Below, in pieces: positions 29,340 through 39,055 of a stretch of 64,000 nt of DNA. This stretch comes from a virus. The DNA is taken from positions 28,078-92,077 of IMG/VR virus record IMGVR_UViG_3300032294_002964; one strand, written 5' to 3'. Both the position numbers and the translations under genes were made by a program. The first letter of the stretch is position 1; every line of letters begins with the position of its first letter. The notes beneath the pieces were generated by a model. That model did not search any database. It was not told where the DNA came from and saw only the letters and a list, made by a program, of their open reading frames with translations.

Positions 29340-31982
29340 TTATCTGACTAATGTTACTCTACCTCTATAAACGTGTGTAACATCGAAAACATCAGTTACA
29401 AAAAACTGATATGCATAAACATCTATTTGACAATCTACACCATTTAAAGTACCATCCCAAATAGGTGGTTCAGACGAAGTTTGATCAAAAATCTTCTCAC
29501 CCCATCTATTAAATATTTGCATTGTAACACTTTTATAATTTGTACCCTTTCCATAAAATACTTCATTTCTTTTATCATCTGTTGGTGTAAAGGCATTTGG
29601 TATATAAAAAGTAAATATTGGAGTTACATTCACAGTACCATAAGAACTATCGACACAACCATATTGATTTTCTGCCAGTAGTGTTATTAAAAAATTACCT
29701 GAGTATAAATAAGAGTGTTGTGGATTAGATAGAGAACTATAAGTACCATCTCCAAAATCCCAAGTGTAACTTGTAGCACCTACTGAATAATTTGTAAAAC
29801 TTACTAAAGGATTATATTCATCAACTTCAGTTGGAAATACAGTAAATCCAGCAGTCGGTGTCGGTCTAACTAAGATAATAGCTGGTGATGAATTTGAAGT
29901 ACATCCATTTATGTTTGTAACTTGTAAAGTTACTTGATAAACTCCACTTGAATTATAAGTGTGTGTTGGGCTTTGTAAGCTTGAAAATTGACCATCTCCA
30001 AAACTCCAGTTCCAAGAATTTATTATACCAGAAGAGGAGTCATTAAAATCCAGTGTTAATGGTGGACATCCAGCACCACTATTAGGAGTAAAAGATACAA
30101 CCGGCAGTGGATTTATAACAATTGGACCTTGGTCAGTACCTACACAACCAAAATTTGATGTAGCCGTTAATGTAACATTAAATGTATTTGCTGATGTATA
30201 AGTGTGTGTTGGATTTGGTACATTCGAAATTATATTGTCTCCAAAATTCCAAACATAATTTATAATTTGTGATGTTGGTGATATTGTACTTAAATTTGTA
30301 AATAGTATATCACTATTTACACATTGATTACCAGAATTAGTAAAGTTAACAATAGGGTTAGGATATATTGTTACTGGATTAGTAATGTTTGATGAGCAGG
30401 ATAAAGATCCATCAGTTGATAAAACTAAAAGATTTACATTATATGTTCCTTCTGAAGAATATGTATATGTTGGATTTTGAAGAAGTGATGTTGATCCAAA
30501 TTCTCCAAATGACCACAGATATTGATTAGATATTGACCAAGATGGTGTTTGTGAATTATTTAAAAATTGTGTCTGAATACCTTGACAATTATTTTGAGCT
30601 AAAAAGCTAGAAACTGGATTTTGCCTAATATTAACAACATCAGAAACTGTATCTCTACAACTTGTGCCTTGTATTCTAACTATTAAATCAACATTATATG
30701 TTCCAGAATTCGGATATGTATAAATTGGAGATTGTAACTGTGATGAGATATTATTACCAAACAACCAAGTATATTCTATGTTATATCCAAACTCTGGTGG
30801 TGTTGTGTTTATAAATGATGTTGGATTTCCAAGACAATTATCATTTACCAAAAAGCTAGCTGTTGGAATTGGATAAACATTTATATTTTGCGATATTTGA
30901 TCAGTGCAACCGTTATCAGTTATAACTTCTAATGTGACAATATACGTACCTGGTGAGATGTATATATGTGATGGATTTGTTAATGTAGATGTTGTTCCAT
31001 CCCCGAAATTCCATAAGTAAGTTCCTAATCCATTGTTAGAAATTGTACTTGTGTTTGTGAAATTGAAAGTACCCTCACACTCACCAGTATATGTAAAAGA
31101 TGGTGTTGGTATTGTTGGCTCTAAAGCTGCTTCTAATGTTAATTCACAACCTGTAGTTGTTGTTATATAACAACTAAGTGTATCATATAGAGTTGGATCT
31201 ACAGTTATACTTGGTGTTGTTTCACCAGTTTCCCATAAATATGTTGCAAAACCAAATGGTGCCGATAATACGGCTTCGGATTGATTTAAACAGTATTGAA
31301 CATTTATTTGATTTGGTGAGCAGGATATAGCATCTATATAAGCGTACCCAAAGTGTCCACCGAGTGAGCAGTCACCTGTTTCGAATTCCAAAGTAACGGT
31401 TTGGCCGACATATGCGCTCAAATCAACAGAAACAGTTGACCAATCTCTCCAAGCGATATTAACGGGATCTCCCTGACTATCAATACTTGGGCAGCTTTGA
31501 AACCCTGGTAGGTTAGAGGCTGCTGTTACCATATATTCTGTACATTCTATTACACTACCGTCTGATCGTCTAACTCTTGAATTAAATCTTGGTTGTTCAT
31601 CATCAGTATGTCCTGGATCTTCAAATACTACCGCATATGCATATTGAACTAGTGTACTTTGTGGAGTAACAATAAATGTAAACGATAGAGCCTCAGCTTC
31701 AGCTCCAATATTATCATTTCCTAATCTAGCAGAGAAACTACCAGAATATACAGTTGATAGTCCACCACAAGTATTTGGATCTATACCTTGTGTCATTAGT
31801 GTTTGTCTACCATTTACAATTCCATTATTTGGTAAAGCTATTGGACAACATTCACCTCTTCTACCTTGCCATCCAGTGAAATTACCTAGTTCGAAGTCAG
31901 CATTATAGCAACCTTGTGAGAACAAGTTCAATGTCAGTATTAAAGACATCGCTAACATCAAATAACTTTTCCATAAAGACAT
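29340..31982 (-). CDS. PKD-repeat protein with T9SS type B (gliding motility-associated) C-terminal domain
   Basis: Signal peptide; multiple W(N/S/D)FGDG...P.H.Y...G.Y.V.L PKD repeats; C-terminal YIPNAFTP...IFNRWGE...WDG...GRVTLVR. Confidence 0.9.
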   Translation of the reverse strand: MSLWKSYLMLAMSLILTLNLFSQGCYNADFELGNFTGWQGRRGECCPIALPNNGIVNGRQTLMTQGIDPNTCGGLSTVYSGSFSARLGNDNIGAEAEALSFTFIVTPQSTLVQYAYAVVFEDPGHTDDEQPRFNSRVRRSDGSVIECTEYMVTAASNLPGFQSCPSIDSQGDPVNIAWRDWSTVSVDLSAYVGQTVTLEFETGDCSLGGHFGYAYIDAISCSPNQINVQYCLNQSEAVLSAPFGFATYLWETGETTPSITVDPTLYDTLSCYITTTTGCELTLEAALEPTIPTPSFTYTGECEGTFNFTNTSTISNNGLGTYLWNFGDGTTSTLTNPSHIYISPGTYIVTLEVITDNGCTDQISQNINVYPIPTASFLVNDNCLGNPTSFINTTPPEFGYNIEYTWLFGNNISSQLQSPIYTYPNSGTYNVDLIVRIQGTSCRDTVSDVVNIRQNPVSSFLAQNNCQGIQTQFLNNSQTPSWSISNQYLWSFGEFGSTSLLQNPTYTYSSEGTYNVNLLVLSTDGSLSCSSNITNPVTIYPNPIVNFTNSGNQCVNSDILFTNLSTISPTSQIINYVWNFGDNIISNVPNPTHTYTSANTFNVTLTATSNFGCVGTDQGPIVINPLPVVSFTPNSGAGCPPLTLDFNDSSSGIINSWNWSFGDGQFSSLQSPTHTYNSSGVYQVTLQVTNINGCTSNSSPAIILVRPTPTAGFTVFPTEVDEYNPLVSFTNYSVGATSYTWDFGDGTYSSLSNPQHSYLYSGNFLITLLAENQYGCVDSSYGTVNVTPIFTFYIPNAFTPTDDKRNEVFYGKGTNYKSVTMQIFNRWGEKIFDQTSSEPPIWDGTLNGVDCQIDVYAYQFFVTDVFDVTHVYRGRVTLVR

Positions 31983-32075
31983 TGGTATTAGTTCCTTGCA
32001 TTATATATTAACTAAAAATTGTAATATAGTACAAACTGTCTATTTTAAAAGAAAAAAGACAACTTTAAAAGTGTC

Positions 32076-33338
32076 TTAATTATCTTCATTTTCAGGATCA
32101 GACTCTTGAAAGAATAGTGTTGGATCTTTCTTCTTCAAGAAGTCTCTTGACTTTAAAAGTCTTTCATTTTGATCTCTGACCCAATCTTTTGCGAGTTCAT
32201 ACGGCTCAATCCCTTTAGTCATTTGCATTACATAACCAAAGTTTGGTTCTTTCTTATAGTATTTAAGAGCATATTCCTTTCTATCAGAACCCATATCAAG
32301 GAATACTTGATATGATTTCTTAATATCTTCTTCTTTATCACTAACCGCCTTCTTGATAATAGAAATTATCTTATTAATTCTCTCATGTGCTTCTTTTTCA
32401 TCTTCTGGGACTTGTCCTAAGATATCATCAATCTTATCATCTAAGATATAACCTACGATGATATGTTCACGATACAAATCATTTGTAAGAAGACCATGAC
32501 GCTCGCAATACCAAGGAGTCTTGATTTTGAAAAAGAAATCTTTTCCATATTCATCCTCAGTTTGAACAATCACACCTTCTTTATCAACTTGAGTTGCATT
32601 CACTTCAATAAGTGAATCTAAATCTTTAGAATCATCTTCAAATGGTGCAATTCTGATAGTAGATATCTTATCTAAGTGATCTTTTATATTTAAATGTTTT
32701 CCAGTAGAATTATCTCTCATTCTCAAAAGAATAAGATCCTCTTCCAAGTATCTTAATACAATTCTATTTGCAGGAGATACATACTCAAAAATTGCAGTAA
32801 TATTGTTATCTATACACCAATCAACAAATTCTTTAACATCTGCTCTGGTTCTATAAACTCTATTGATACCATTAGCTTGTTCATTATCAAATCCCATTTT
32901 AGATTTACCTAAAATTTTACCATTTGGTAATTGAATATATGATGCAATAGATCCATCCTCTTTGTTGTTTACAAATTTTATTTTGTAATTTTTAACAATA
33001 GAGTATGCAGACTCTGGTACTTGATTTAAGTTAAAGAACTTCTCAAGTAGTAAGAATCTTTTATATAGAGTACCATCAGTATTAAATACGAAAGTAAGAC
33101 CTCTCATTTCATATGCTTTAACTTCTGGTCTATTTTCTAATGGAGTGACAAAATCTCGATATTGAGCAAGTCGGTAATTGAAAACAGATATTGGATATCC
33201 ATCAATCACAAATTTAGACTCATAGAATGGAGACTCTTCTCTAGAGCACATCTCGACACAATCTTCATAAGTTGGAAGATAGTGTGATGATAAGTCTGTT
33301 GATTCTTTTAAAAATTCTATGTAGTTAAATATTTTCAT
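32076..33338 (-). CDS. rnlA: T4 Rnl1-like RNA ligase with N-terminal leader
   Basis: EMRGL, KFFN, motif I KEDGS, FEY, EGVIV, KIK; leader MKIFNYIEFLKES. Confidence 0.85.
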   Translation of the reverse strand: MKIFNYIEFLKESTDLSSHYLPTYEDCVEMCSREESPFYESKFVIDGYPISVFNYRLAQYRDFVTPLENRPEVKAYEMRGLTFVFNTDGTLYKRFLLLEKFFNLNQVPESAYSIVKNYKIKFVNNKEDGSIASYIQLPNGKILGKSKMGFDNEQANGINRVYRTRADVKEFVDWCIDNNITAIFEYVSPANRIVLRYLEEDLILLRMRDNSTGKHLNIKDHLDKISTIRIAPFEDDSKDLDSLIEVNATQVDKEGVIVQTEDEYGKDFFFKIKTPWYCERHGLLTNDLYREHIIVGYILDDKIDDILGQVPEDEKEAHERINKIISIIKKAVSDKEEDIKKSYQVFLDMGSDRKEYALKYYKKEPNFGYVMQMTKGIEPYELAKDWVRDQNERLLKSRDFLKKKDPTLFFQESDPENEDN

Positions 33339-33978
33339 TCTTTATGAATTCAAATTTTGGATGCAAATATATGGAATTATCTTTTTCTTCTATATCAAAA
33401 TCTTTTTTAATCATTTGCATTGCTTCTTCATATGTGTCTTTGTAATCTTGTACAAAGCTTAGATCTTTAATATATTTAGTGTGTTTATTGACATTTAATT
33501 TTATACCATCGTCATATAGACCAATTGAAATTTTACCGTTATACTTAGTATTGAATATTTTCTGAATAATAATAAACTTGTTAATATTATTAATCATAAA
33601 CATATCTTGAATTATAGATATTGTGTATTCCACTCCATATCCATTTTCAACACTAACTTTATCCTCATCAACTCCAATTTCATCACAGAAATTACCTAAA
33701 CATCCTAAAAAATCTTGTTGAAACTCTTTATATTCTTTGAAATTTAAAACATTATGACTTGGTCTACTAATGTAAATTACAATTTGTTTATTACATTCTA
33801 CCTGATCTACTTTAGTACTATCTAAAAATCTTTTTAAAGCTTGTGAAATTGTTTTACCTGACTCTCCGTTTCCATCACTATGAACAACATAATGTTCACT
33901 TCCTATTCTAGGAATCCAACCATTATCAATTAAATCAATAAATGCATCTCTTAGTAATTCCTCTGTTATTTTTTTCAT
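33325..33978 (-). CDS. hypothetical protein (I-x-D-x-F-x-D-L family)
   Basis: LLRDAFIDLIDNG. Confidence 0.6.
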   Translation of the reverse strand: MKKITEELLRDAFIDLIDNGWIPRIGSEHYVVHSDGNGESGKTISQALKRFLDSTKVDQVECNKQIVIYISRPSHNVLNFKEYKEFQQDFLGCLGNFCDEIGVDEDKVSVENGYGVEYTISIIQDMFMINNINKFIIIQKIFNTKYNGKISIGLYDDGIKLNVNKHTKYIKDLSFVQDYKDTYEEAMQMIKKDFDIEEKDNSIYLHPKFEFIKNENI

Positions 33979-34472
33979 CTTTCTATATAATCTTTGTGTA
34001 CTATTGTTATGGAATGATCAACATTCCAGAAAATTTCAGAATCTATTGAGTGTAATGCTTTTGACCATAGATCATCATAACCAAGCGATTGATACCTATT
34101 ACGAAGATGGTGCAACTCATTCGTTGGATTGTCTTTTGGTAAAATTTTATCAACTTGTTTAACTGTTTTTATTTTAGTATCGTCAAATAATACATATAAA
34201 TCTTCTGATGATAAGTGTGAAATTATACTTTTAAATTCATTTTTAAACTCTTCGATATTAATATTGTTTAAGTCAAATCTAATAGTGTATCGATACTCAA
34301 ACATATCAGAGATGTCACTTGGGACAGCTTTCTGAATACGTTTACAGTATACACCACTTAGATCTCCTAAATTATTCATTAAATCTCTGATAAAATCAGA
34401 TAGATAATTTACATCTAATTTTGTTGGATTGCCTTTATTAGCTTTAAAAAAGTCCACAAATTTTTTAATCAT
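33975..34472 (-). CDS. hypothetical protein with partial N-terminal leader
   Basis: MIKKFVDFF; TAATATATA at 34480-34488. Confidence 0.6.
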   Translation of the reverse strand: MIKKFVDFFKANKGNPTKLDVNYLSDFIRDLMNNLGDLSGVYCKRIQKAVPSDISDMFEYRYTIRFDLNNINIEEFKNEFKSIISHLSSEDLYVLFDDTKIKTVKQVDKILPKDNPTNELHHLRNRYQSLGYDDLWSKALHSIDSEIFWNVDHSITIVHKDYIER

Positions 34473-34566
34473 AATAGATTATATATTATTTTTTAAAAAA
34501 TCATTTATAATTTTAAATAAATAACAGTTGGTGATTTATTTTCAAATATAGATTAATATATAATTT

Positions 34567-34815
34567 ATGATAGACTATAAAAAGGAAATAATACCTGTAA
34601 TTAAATGGTTAGCAATAGACCTATTCGAGGTTGTAATTGATATTGAGTTATCAAATGGGTTATTATTTAACACAATTGAGTGGAGAAAAGATAAGAAAAA
34701 AGTCTATCTACACAAAATAGAAAATAACTTAGATTATCAATTTGACTTTGATGACTTTGATATAGAAACCAAAAAAGAAATCTACTACTTTCTAGTTAGG
34801 AATTTTCTGAACTAA
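34567..34815 (+). CDS. hypothetical protein
   Basis: 82 aa; TAATATATA at 34554-34562. Confidence 0.55.
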   Translation: MIDYKKEIIPVIKWLAIDLFEVVIDIELSNGLLFNTIEWRKDKKKVYLHKIENNLDYQFDFDDFDIETKKEIYYFLVRNFLN

Positions 34816-35302
34816 ATCTATTTTTATTTTTCTGTTCTAAATACTTCTTCACATCATCATAAGTAACTGCACCTGGATTAACTTTCAGTGTTTCCGCATT
34901 TCCTTCTTTTTTAACTTCAAGTTTCTTTTCCTCAGCTATCTTCATTCTTTCTTCATATTGAGTCTCCATCGTTTTTAATAGATGTCCTAAATAAAAATCA
35001 ATACCTTTATCTTTTACCATTTTTGAATCGAAATTAAAAATAAACTCTTCTGCATTATAATATAGCGCAAAAACATCCTCGTTTATATAATAGTCAATAT
35101 AAACTATTATATCACCAATTGTTCCCTGCATATTAATATTGGTTTTATATTGATTGTTATAGAAAAAGCTGAACTTATCCTTTTCATTGTACCTTCGCTG
35201 ACCATTATGTTCAACAGTGGTAACAAGTCCTAAATTTTGACGATAATATTTGGACTTTTTTAATTCATTAATTAAAGTTGGTCTTGTAACTATATTATAC
35301 AT
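34796..35302 (-). CDS. hypothetical protein
   Basis: 168 aa ORF. Confidence 0.6.
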   Translation of the reverse strand: MYNIVTRPTLINELKKSKYYRQNLGLVTTVEHNGQRRYNEKDKFSFFYNNQYKTNINMQGTIGDIIVYIDYYINEDVFALYYNAEEFIFNFDSKMVKDKGIDFYLGHLLKTMETQYEERMKIAEEKKLEVKKEGNAETLKVNPGAVTYDDVKKYLEQKNKNRFSSENS

Positions 35303-35322
35303 AAATTATGTATTTAAGAACA

Positions 35323-35886
35323 TTATTCCCCTACCTCGATCTCTAGATTTTCCTCTTTTCCAAAGTTTTTATCATATTCAATTTTAAGATCAACTAAGAA
35401 GTTGTCATCTATTGATTCTATTTCAACATTTTTACTTAAAACTGGATAGACAGTACCATCTTCATCATACTTCTTAAATTTAACATAACAGTTCTTAATA
35501 TCTTTATAAGAGAAATTTTTTGTTTTATCTTTAACTATTGCCTCTTCTAATGGTATAGATATGTAAAGATCATATCTAGATTTATCACTGTCTTCAAAAT
35601 AAAATTTTATATTATCATTAAGTGCTGAATATTTACTAAACTCGCTATCAACTAAATTTAAACCTAAATCTTGAAAAGATATTTTAGACTTATCCTTTTC
35701 TTCTTTCTGACCTCTCTTTAAAGCATCACTCATTTTAATTAAATTATCATCAGTAGCTTCCTCTTTATTCTCTTCAAAATAAGACTCTATTTTGATCTTT
35801 AATTTATGTAGAGCTGTTTTAACATACTCTTCAGGAGTTTCATAAACATTTTCATTTATAAAATCTGTAAATTTTGATATCTTCAT
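35323..35886 (-). CDS. hypothetical protein with N-terminal leader
   Basis: MKISKFTDFINE. Confidence 0.65.
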   Translation of the reverse strand: MKISKFTDFINENVYETPEEYVKTALHKLKIKIESYFEENKEEATDDNLIKMSDALKRGQKEEKDKSKISFQDLGLNLVDSEFSKYSALNDNIKFYFEDSDKSRYDLYISIPLEEAIVKDKTKNFSYKDIKNCYVKFKKYDEDGTVYPVLSKNVEIESIDDNFLVDLKIEYDKNFGKEENLEIEVGE

Positions 35887-35907
35887 TTTATATGTGTGTT
35901 TTTATAA

Positions 35908-36171
35908 TCAACCTTTAGTCCTAAAGTGTTTAATTTTGTTGTAGTAAATACTTAAAAATATATCTTTAATTTCTCTAATTGGATTATTTCCAGAAAAGTA
36001 AAAATAAAGTCCAAAGAATAATCCCGCAAGGCAATACATAGCCAAATTCGCACTCCAATAAGATCCTGTTAAATCTATCAGAATCAATTGAACTGCGTCG
36101 AACCCTAGCGGGTTCAGAAACATCGCTATCATTAGAAATACTGTTGCTAGTCTTTTCTTTTTTTCCTTCAT
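35908..36171 (-). CDS. small 2-TM membrane protein
   Basis: Basic N-terminus, two hydrophobic segments; TAATATATA upstream; holin-like topology only. Confidence 0.55.
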   Translation of the reverse strand: MKEKKKRLATVFLMIAMFLNPLGFDAVQLILIDLTGSYWSANLAMYCLAGLFFGLYFYFSGNNPIREIKDIFLSIYYNKIKHFRTKG

Positions 36172-36277
36172 TACTTGATATACAACTCTCAGAGTCCATA
36201 ATTTTTTTATTTTTTCAGATATAGTCCATCCCTACGCATCCCTTCACTTGACTATTCTTGATATACTATATATTATT

Positions 36278-36778
36278 TTATAAAATAGTACTTATCTTTT
36301 TATTTCTAATCTCTTCTTTTGTAGATATATCTTTATATTTTAAATTCCAAGTTACTGCTAATGTTTTTACATTTAACCACTTAACTAGACAGAAAATGGC
36401 TATAGATCCATACTCAGTTTGATTCTCTAAAAATTCCTCTAATTCTTTATCCGAGTTAAATGAAACCATATCACAACTATAATTCTTAGCCACCAATTTA
36501 TTACCTTCAACTTGAACTAATTGAAAAAGCGGTCCTTTAACAACCATTTTAACTTTTTTTCTGAAAAAGTCAAAGTATTCACCGAACCATATATCAGGAT
36601 GAACGGTAGCCATTTCAACATTAGAATTATCACCAGATCCCATTCTCATACAATTATCATATAAAATTTTCAATGAAGATACATCTAAACTATCATTAAA
36701 ATAGAATTGAGGATCTTGTTTTTCCATTTTGGAAAATAAACTTACATCAAATGACATATTAAATATTAATTTTTTCAA
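36278..36778 (-). CDS. hypothetical protein with C-terminal motif
   Basis: Ends IRNKKISTIL. Confidence 0.6.
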   Translation of the reverse strand: MKKLIFNMSFDVSLFSKMEKQDPQFYFNDSLDVSSLKILYDNCMRMGSGDNSNVEMATVHPDIWFGEYFDFFRKKVKMVVKGPLFQLVQVEGNKLVAKNYSCDMVSFNSDKELEEFLENQTEYGSIAIFCLVKWLNVKTLAVTWNLKYKDISTKEEIRNKKISTIL

Positions 36779-37367
36779 CTTGAATTCCAGAGTTTATCAA
36801 AAAGTTAACTCCTTCAAGGTCTTTATAGTCTTCTATATATACAACTCTTTTAATTCCTGATTGTAGTACAGACTTAGAACAATCTTTACAAGGTGAGTGT
36901 GTCAGATACAAAGTAGCACCTTCACAAGAATGACCCCATCTTGCACATTTTAAAATAGCATTTGATTCAGCATGAATAGTGTACCAATGTGTTTCCCAAT
37001 TTTCAGTTTCACAACAATTATCATATCCAGATGGTGTTCCGTTATAACCATCAGATATAATCATTCCATTTTTAACGATTAATGCTCCAACCTTCTTTCT
37101 TTCACAGTGTGAAAGTTCAGACCATTCTTTTGCCATTTTTAAATAGGCAATATCATATTTTAATTGTTTATCACTCATACTAAGCAGTTGATTTAATTTT
37201 TTATCTCTTTCTTCTTTTTTTCTCTCAGGATTAAAAATTTTATCCATCTCACTTGCGACAGCAGTAGATGTTACAATCCAATTTGATCCAGATTGTCTTG
37301 ACTTCGTATTAATAATATTAGAAGCCTTTTTTATTTTATCAAGTAATTGTCTATCAAGTTTTCTCAT
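36759..37367 (-). CDS. dCMP deaminase (ComEB-like) with N-terminal extension
   Basis: KVGALIV, GYNGTP, HAESNA, SPCKDC; core begins at MSDK (37178). Confidence 0.9.
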   Translation of the reverse strand: MRKLDRQLLDKIKKASNIINTKSRQSGSNWIVTSTAVASEMDKIFNPERKKEERDKKLNQLLSMSDKQLKYDIAYLKMAKEWSELSHCERKKVGALIVKNGMIISDGYNGTPSGYDNCCETENWETHWYTIHAESNAILKCARWGHSCEGATLYLTHSPCKDCSKSVLQSGIKRVVYIEDYKDLEGVNFLINSGIQVEKINI

Positions 37368-38119
37368 TCTACAGACCAATCTTTTGGTAAAAATTTGCAA
37401 TCATTATTCTCAATAAAATGCTTTCTCCAAGAGACCATAAATTCTTTTATATCATCTAATTTAGATACTACTATTTCACCATGTGTCTTATTAGAATGTT
37501 TAACCTCTATGTTTAATAACTTATCTAATCTAGATTTATGTAATTTTTTAATACCTAAAATAGATTTTATTTGATTCTTAATTTCAAGTTTTCTATTTTC
37601 AGGCATTACACTTTCAAAATTCATCAAAGAATTAGCAAGTTTTCTAGCCCTAATAATTTCTCTATTATCAATTGGTTCACCATTTATTGGAGCTTTATAA
37701 ATTATTGATAATTGTGTTTTGTAATCATCAGCTTTTCTTTCATACTTGTCGTGACAATGTACACAAACAGAAAGAACATCATGAAAATTGTGTGACTTTA
37801 TTTCAAGTGGGAAGTATTTCCTATAACAGTGAGGTACAACATGATGTCTTGTTAAAAATTCATTTGTACCACAGACAACACAGATATTTAACATCTCTGT
37901 TAATCCATAACTTCTTTGATGATTTCCTAATCCATTAGGTTTGAAATTAAGCTTTACAACCTTAGGATCATTACTAATGATATCACCAAGATTTCTTTTA
38001 ACATACCACATTGCTTTCTTCTCATCACATCTGAACATGAGAATTCCATCTGGAGATTGTACCTGCCAGTTACCGTATATTTTACGATCCTTTGGTATGA
38101 CTCCACCAAAGATTGCCAT
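37364..38119 (-). CDS. HNH-family protein resembling the C-terminal region of EXD2
   Basis: PDG...CDEKKAMWY, CVVCG, HHVVPHCYR, HDVLSVCVHCH. Confidence 0.7.
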   Translation of the reverse strand: MAIFGGVIPKDRKIYGNWQVQSPDGILMFRCDEKKAMWYVKRNLGDIISNDPKVVKLNFKPNGLGNHQRSYGLTEMLNICVVCGTNEFLTRHHVVPHCYRKYFPLEIKSHNFHDVLSVCVHCHDKYERKADDYKTQLSIIYKAPINGEPIDNREIIRARKLANSLMNFESVMPENRKLEIKNQIKSILGIKKLHKSRLDKLLNIEVKHSNKTHGEIVVSKLDDIKEFMVSWRKHFIENNDCKFLPKDWSVE

Positions 38120-38120
38120 A

Positions 38121-38660
38121 TTATGCTCTTTCGACTTGGAAGAAATCTAACTCAACCATAGTTGGTCTACTGAAAATAAGAACTTCTACTTTCAATTTCT
38201 TCTTAGATTCGTCAATACTTTGAACAGTACCTTTGAAAGTACTAAATGCTCCATCAATAACTTTAACTTCTTCTCCAGCTGAGAATAATGTAGTATCTGG
38301 GGTTATATTATCGTTAGTTTCTTGATCATTAAGCATTCTTTTAACTTCCCATTCTTGTAGTGGTGAAACATCTCCACTTTTGGTTCTTACAAATCCAGCA
38401 GAACCTCTGATACCTTTTAGAAAGTTATTTATCTCACCGACATGTGATGTTTGTATAAACAGATAGCCTGGATAGAGAATTCTGTCTTTAGCAATTTTTT
38501 TACCATTTTTAACACTAAAAACCTTTTCAGTAGGAATGATTGTTCTACCAAGAATGTCTGATAAACCTTCTCTGGTTAATTCCAAACCTAACTTCTCTAA
38601 AACAGATTTTTCTCTGTTATTTTGAGTACGAATAGCGTACCAATTCATTTGTTCTGCCAT
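38121..38660 (-). CDS. nusG: transcription elongation factor NusG
   Basis: WYAIRT, IIPTE, YPGYLFI (NGN domain); GEEVKVIDGAFSTFKGTV (KOW), VLIFSRPTMVELDFFQVE. Confidence 0.92.
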   Translation of the reverse strand: MAEQMNWYAIRTQNNREKSVLEKLGLELTREGLSDILGRTIIPTEKVFSVKNGKKIAKDRILYPGYLFIQTSHVGEINNFLKGIRGSAGFVRTKSGDVSPLQEWEVKRMLNDQETNDNITPDTTLFSAGEEVKVIDGAFSTFKGTVQSIDESKKKLKVEVLIFSRPTMVELDFFQVERA

Positions 38661-38661
38661 A

Positions 38662-39054
38662 TTATTTAACTTTTGTTTTATAAAATTTCAATTCTTCTTC
38701 GATAAAATCAGGATATTTATCAACTAAATAAACTAAATCATCTTCTTTATTAAGTTGTAACTTCATCATTAGTAAATTAAAATCTTTATTATCTAAAGAT
38801 GATTTATCAACTTTACCACTCTTACTCCAAAACCAATTAGGATAAGGTTTATCTAACATAAAGTAGTACCATAAATCTAAACAAGATGATTTGTCAACAT
38901 TTTTATTATTTAAAAATTGTGCTTTTGTTGGATATTTTTTAGAAAAATACCTATTGAAGATAAAAAAGAACTTCTCTTTATCTTCAATAGTTATATTTTT
39001 CCAGTCTTTTTTATTCCTAAAAAGTGCGTTTGCTACATCTATTAGTTCAGCCAT
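38662..39054 (-). CDS. hypothetical protein, possible clamp-loader small subunit (gp62-like)
   Basis: FFIFNRYFS pattern, size and position next to the exonuclease; tentative. Confidence 0.35.
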   Translation of the reverse strand: MAELIDVANALFRNKKDWKNITIEDKEKFFFIFNRYFSKKYPTKAQFLNNKNVDKSSCLDLWYYFMLDKPYPNWFWSKSGKVDKSSLDNKDFNLLMMKLQLNKEDDLVYLVDKYPDFIEEELKFYKTKVK

Positions 39055-39055
39055 T

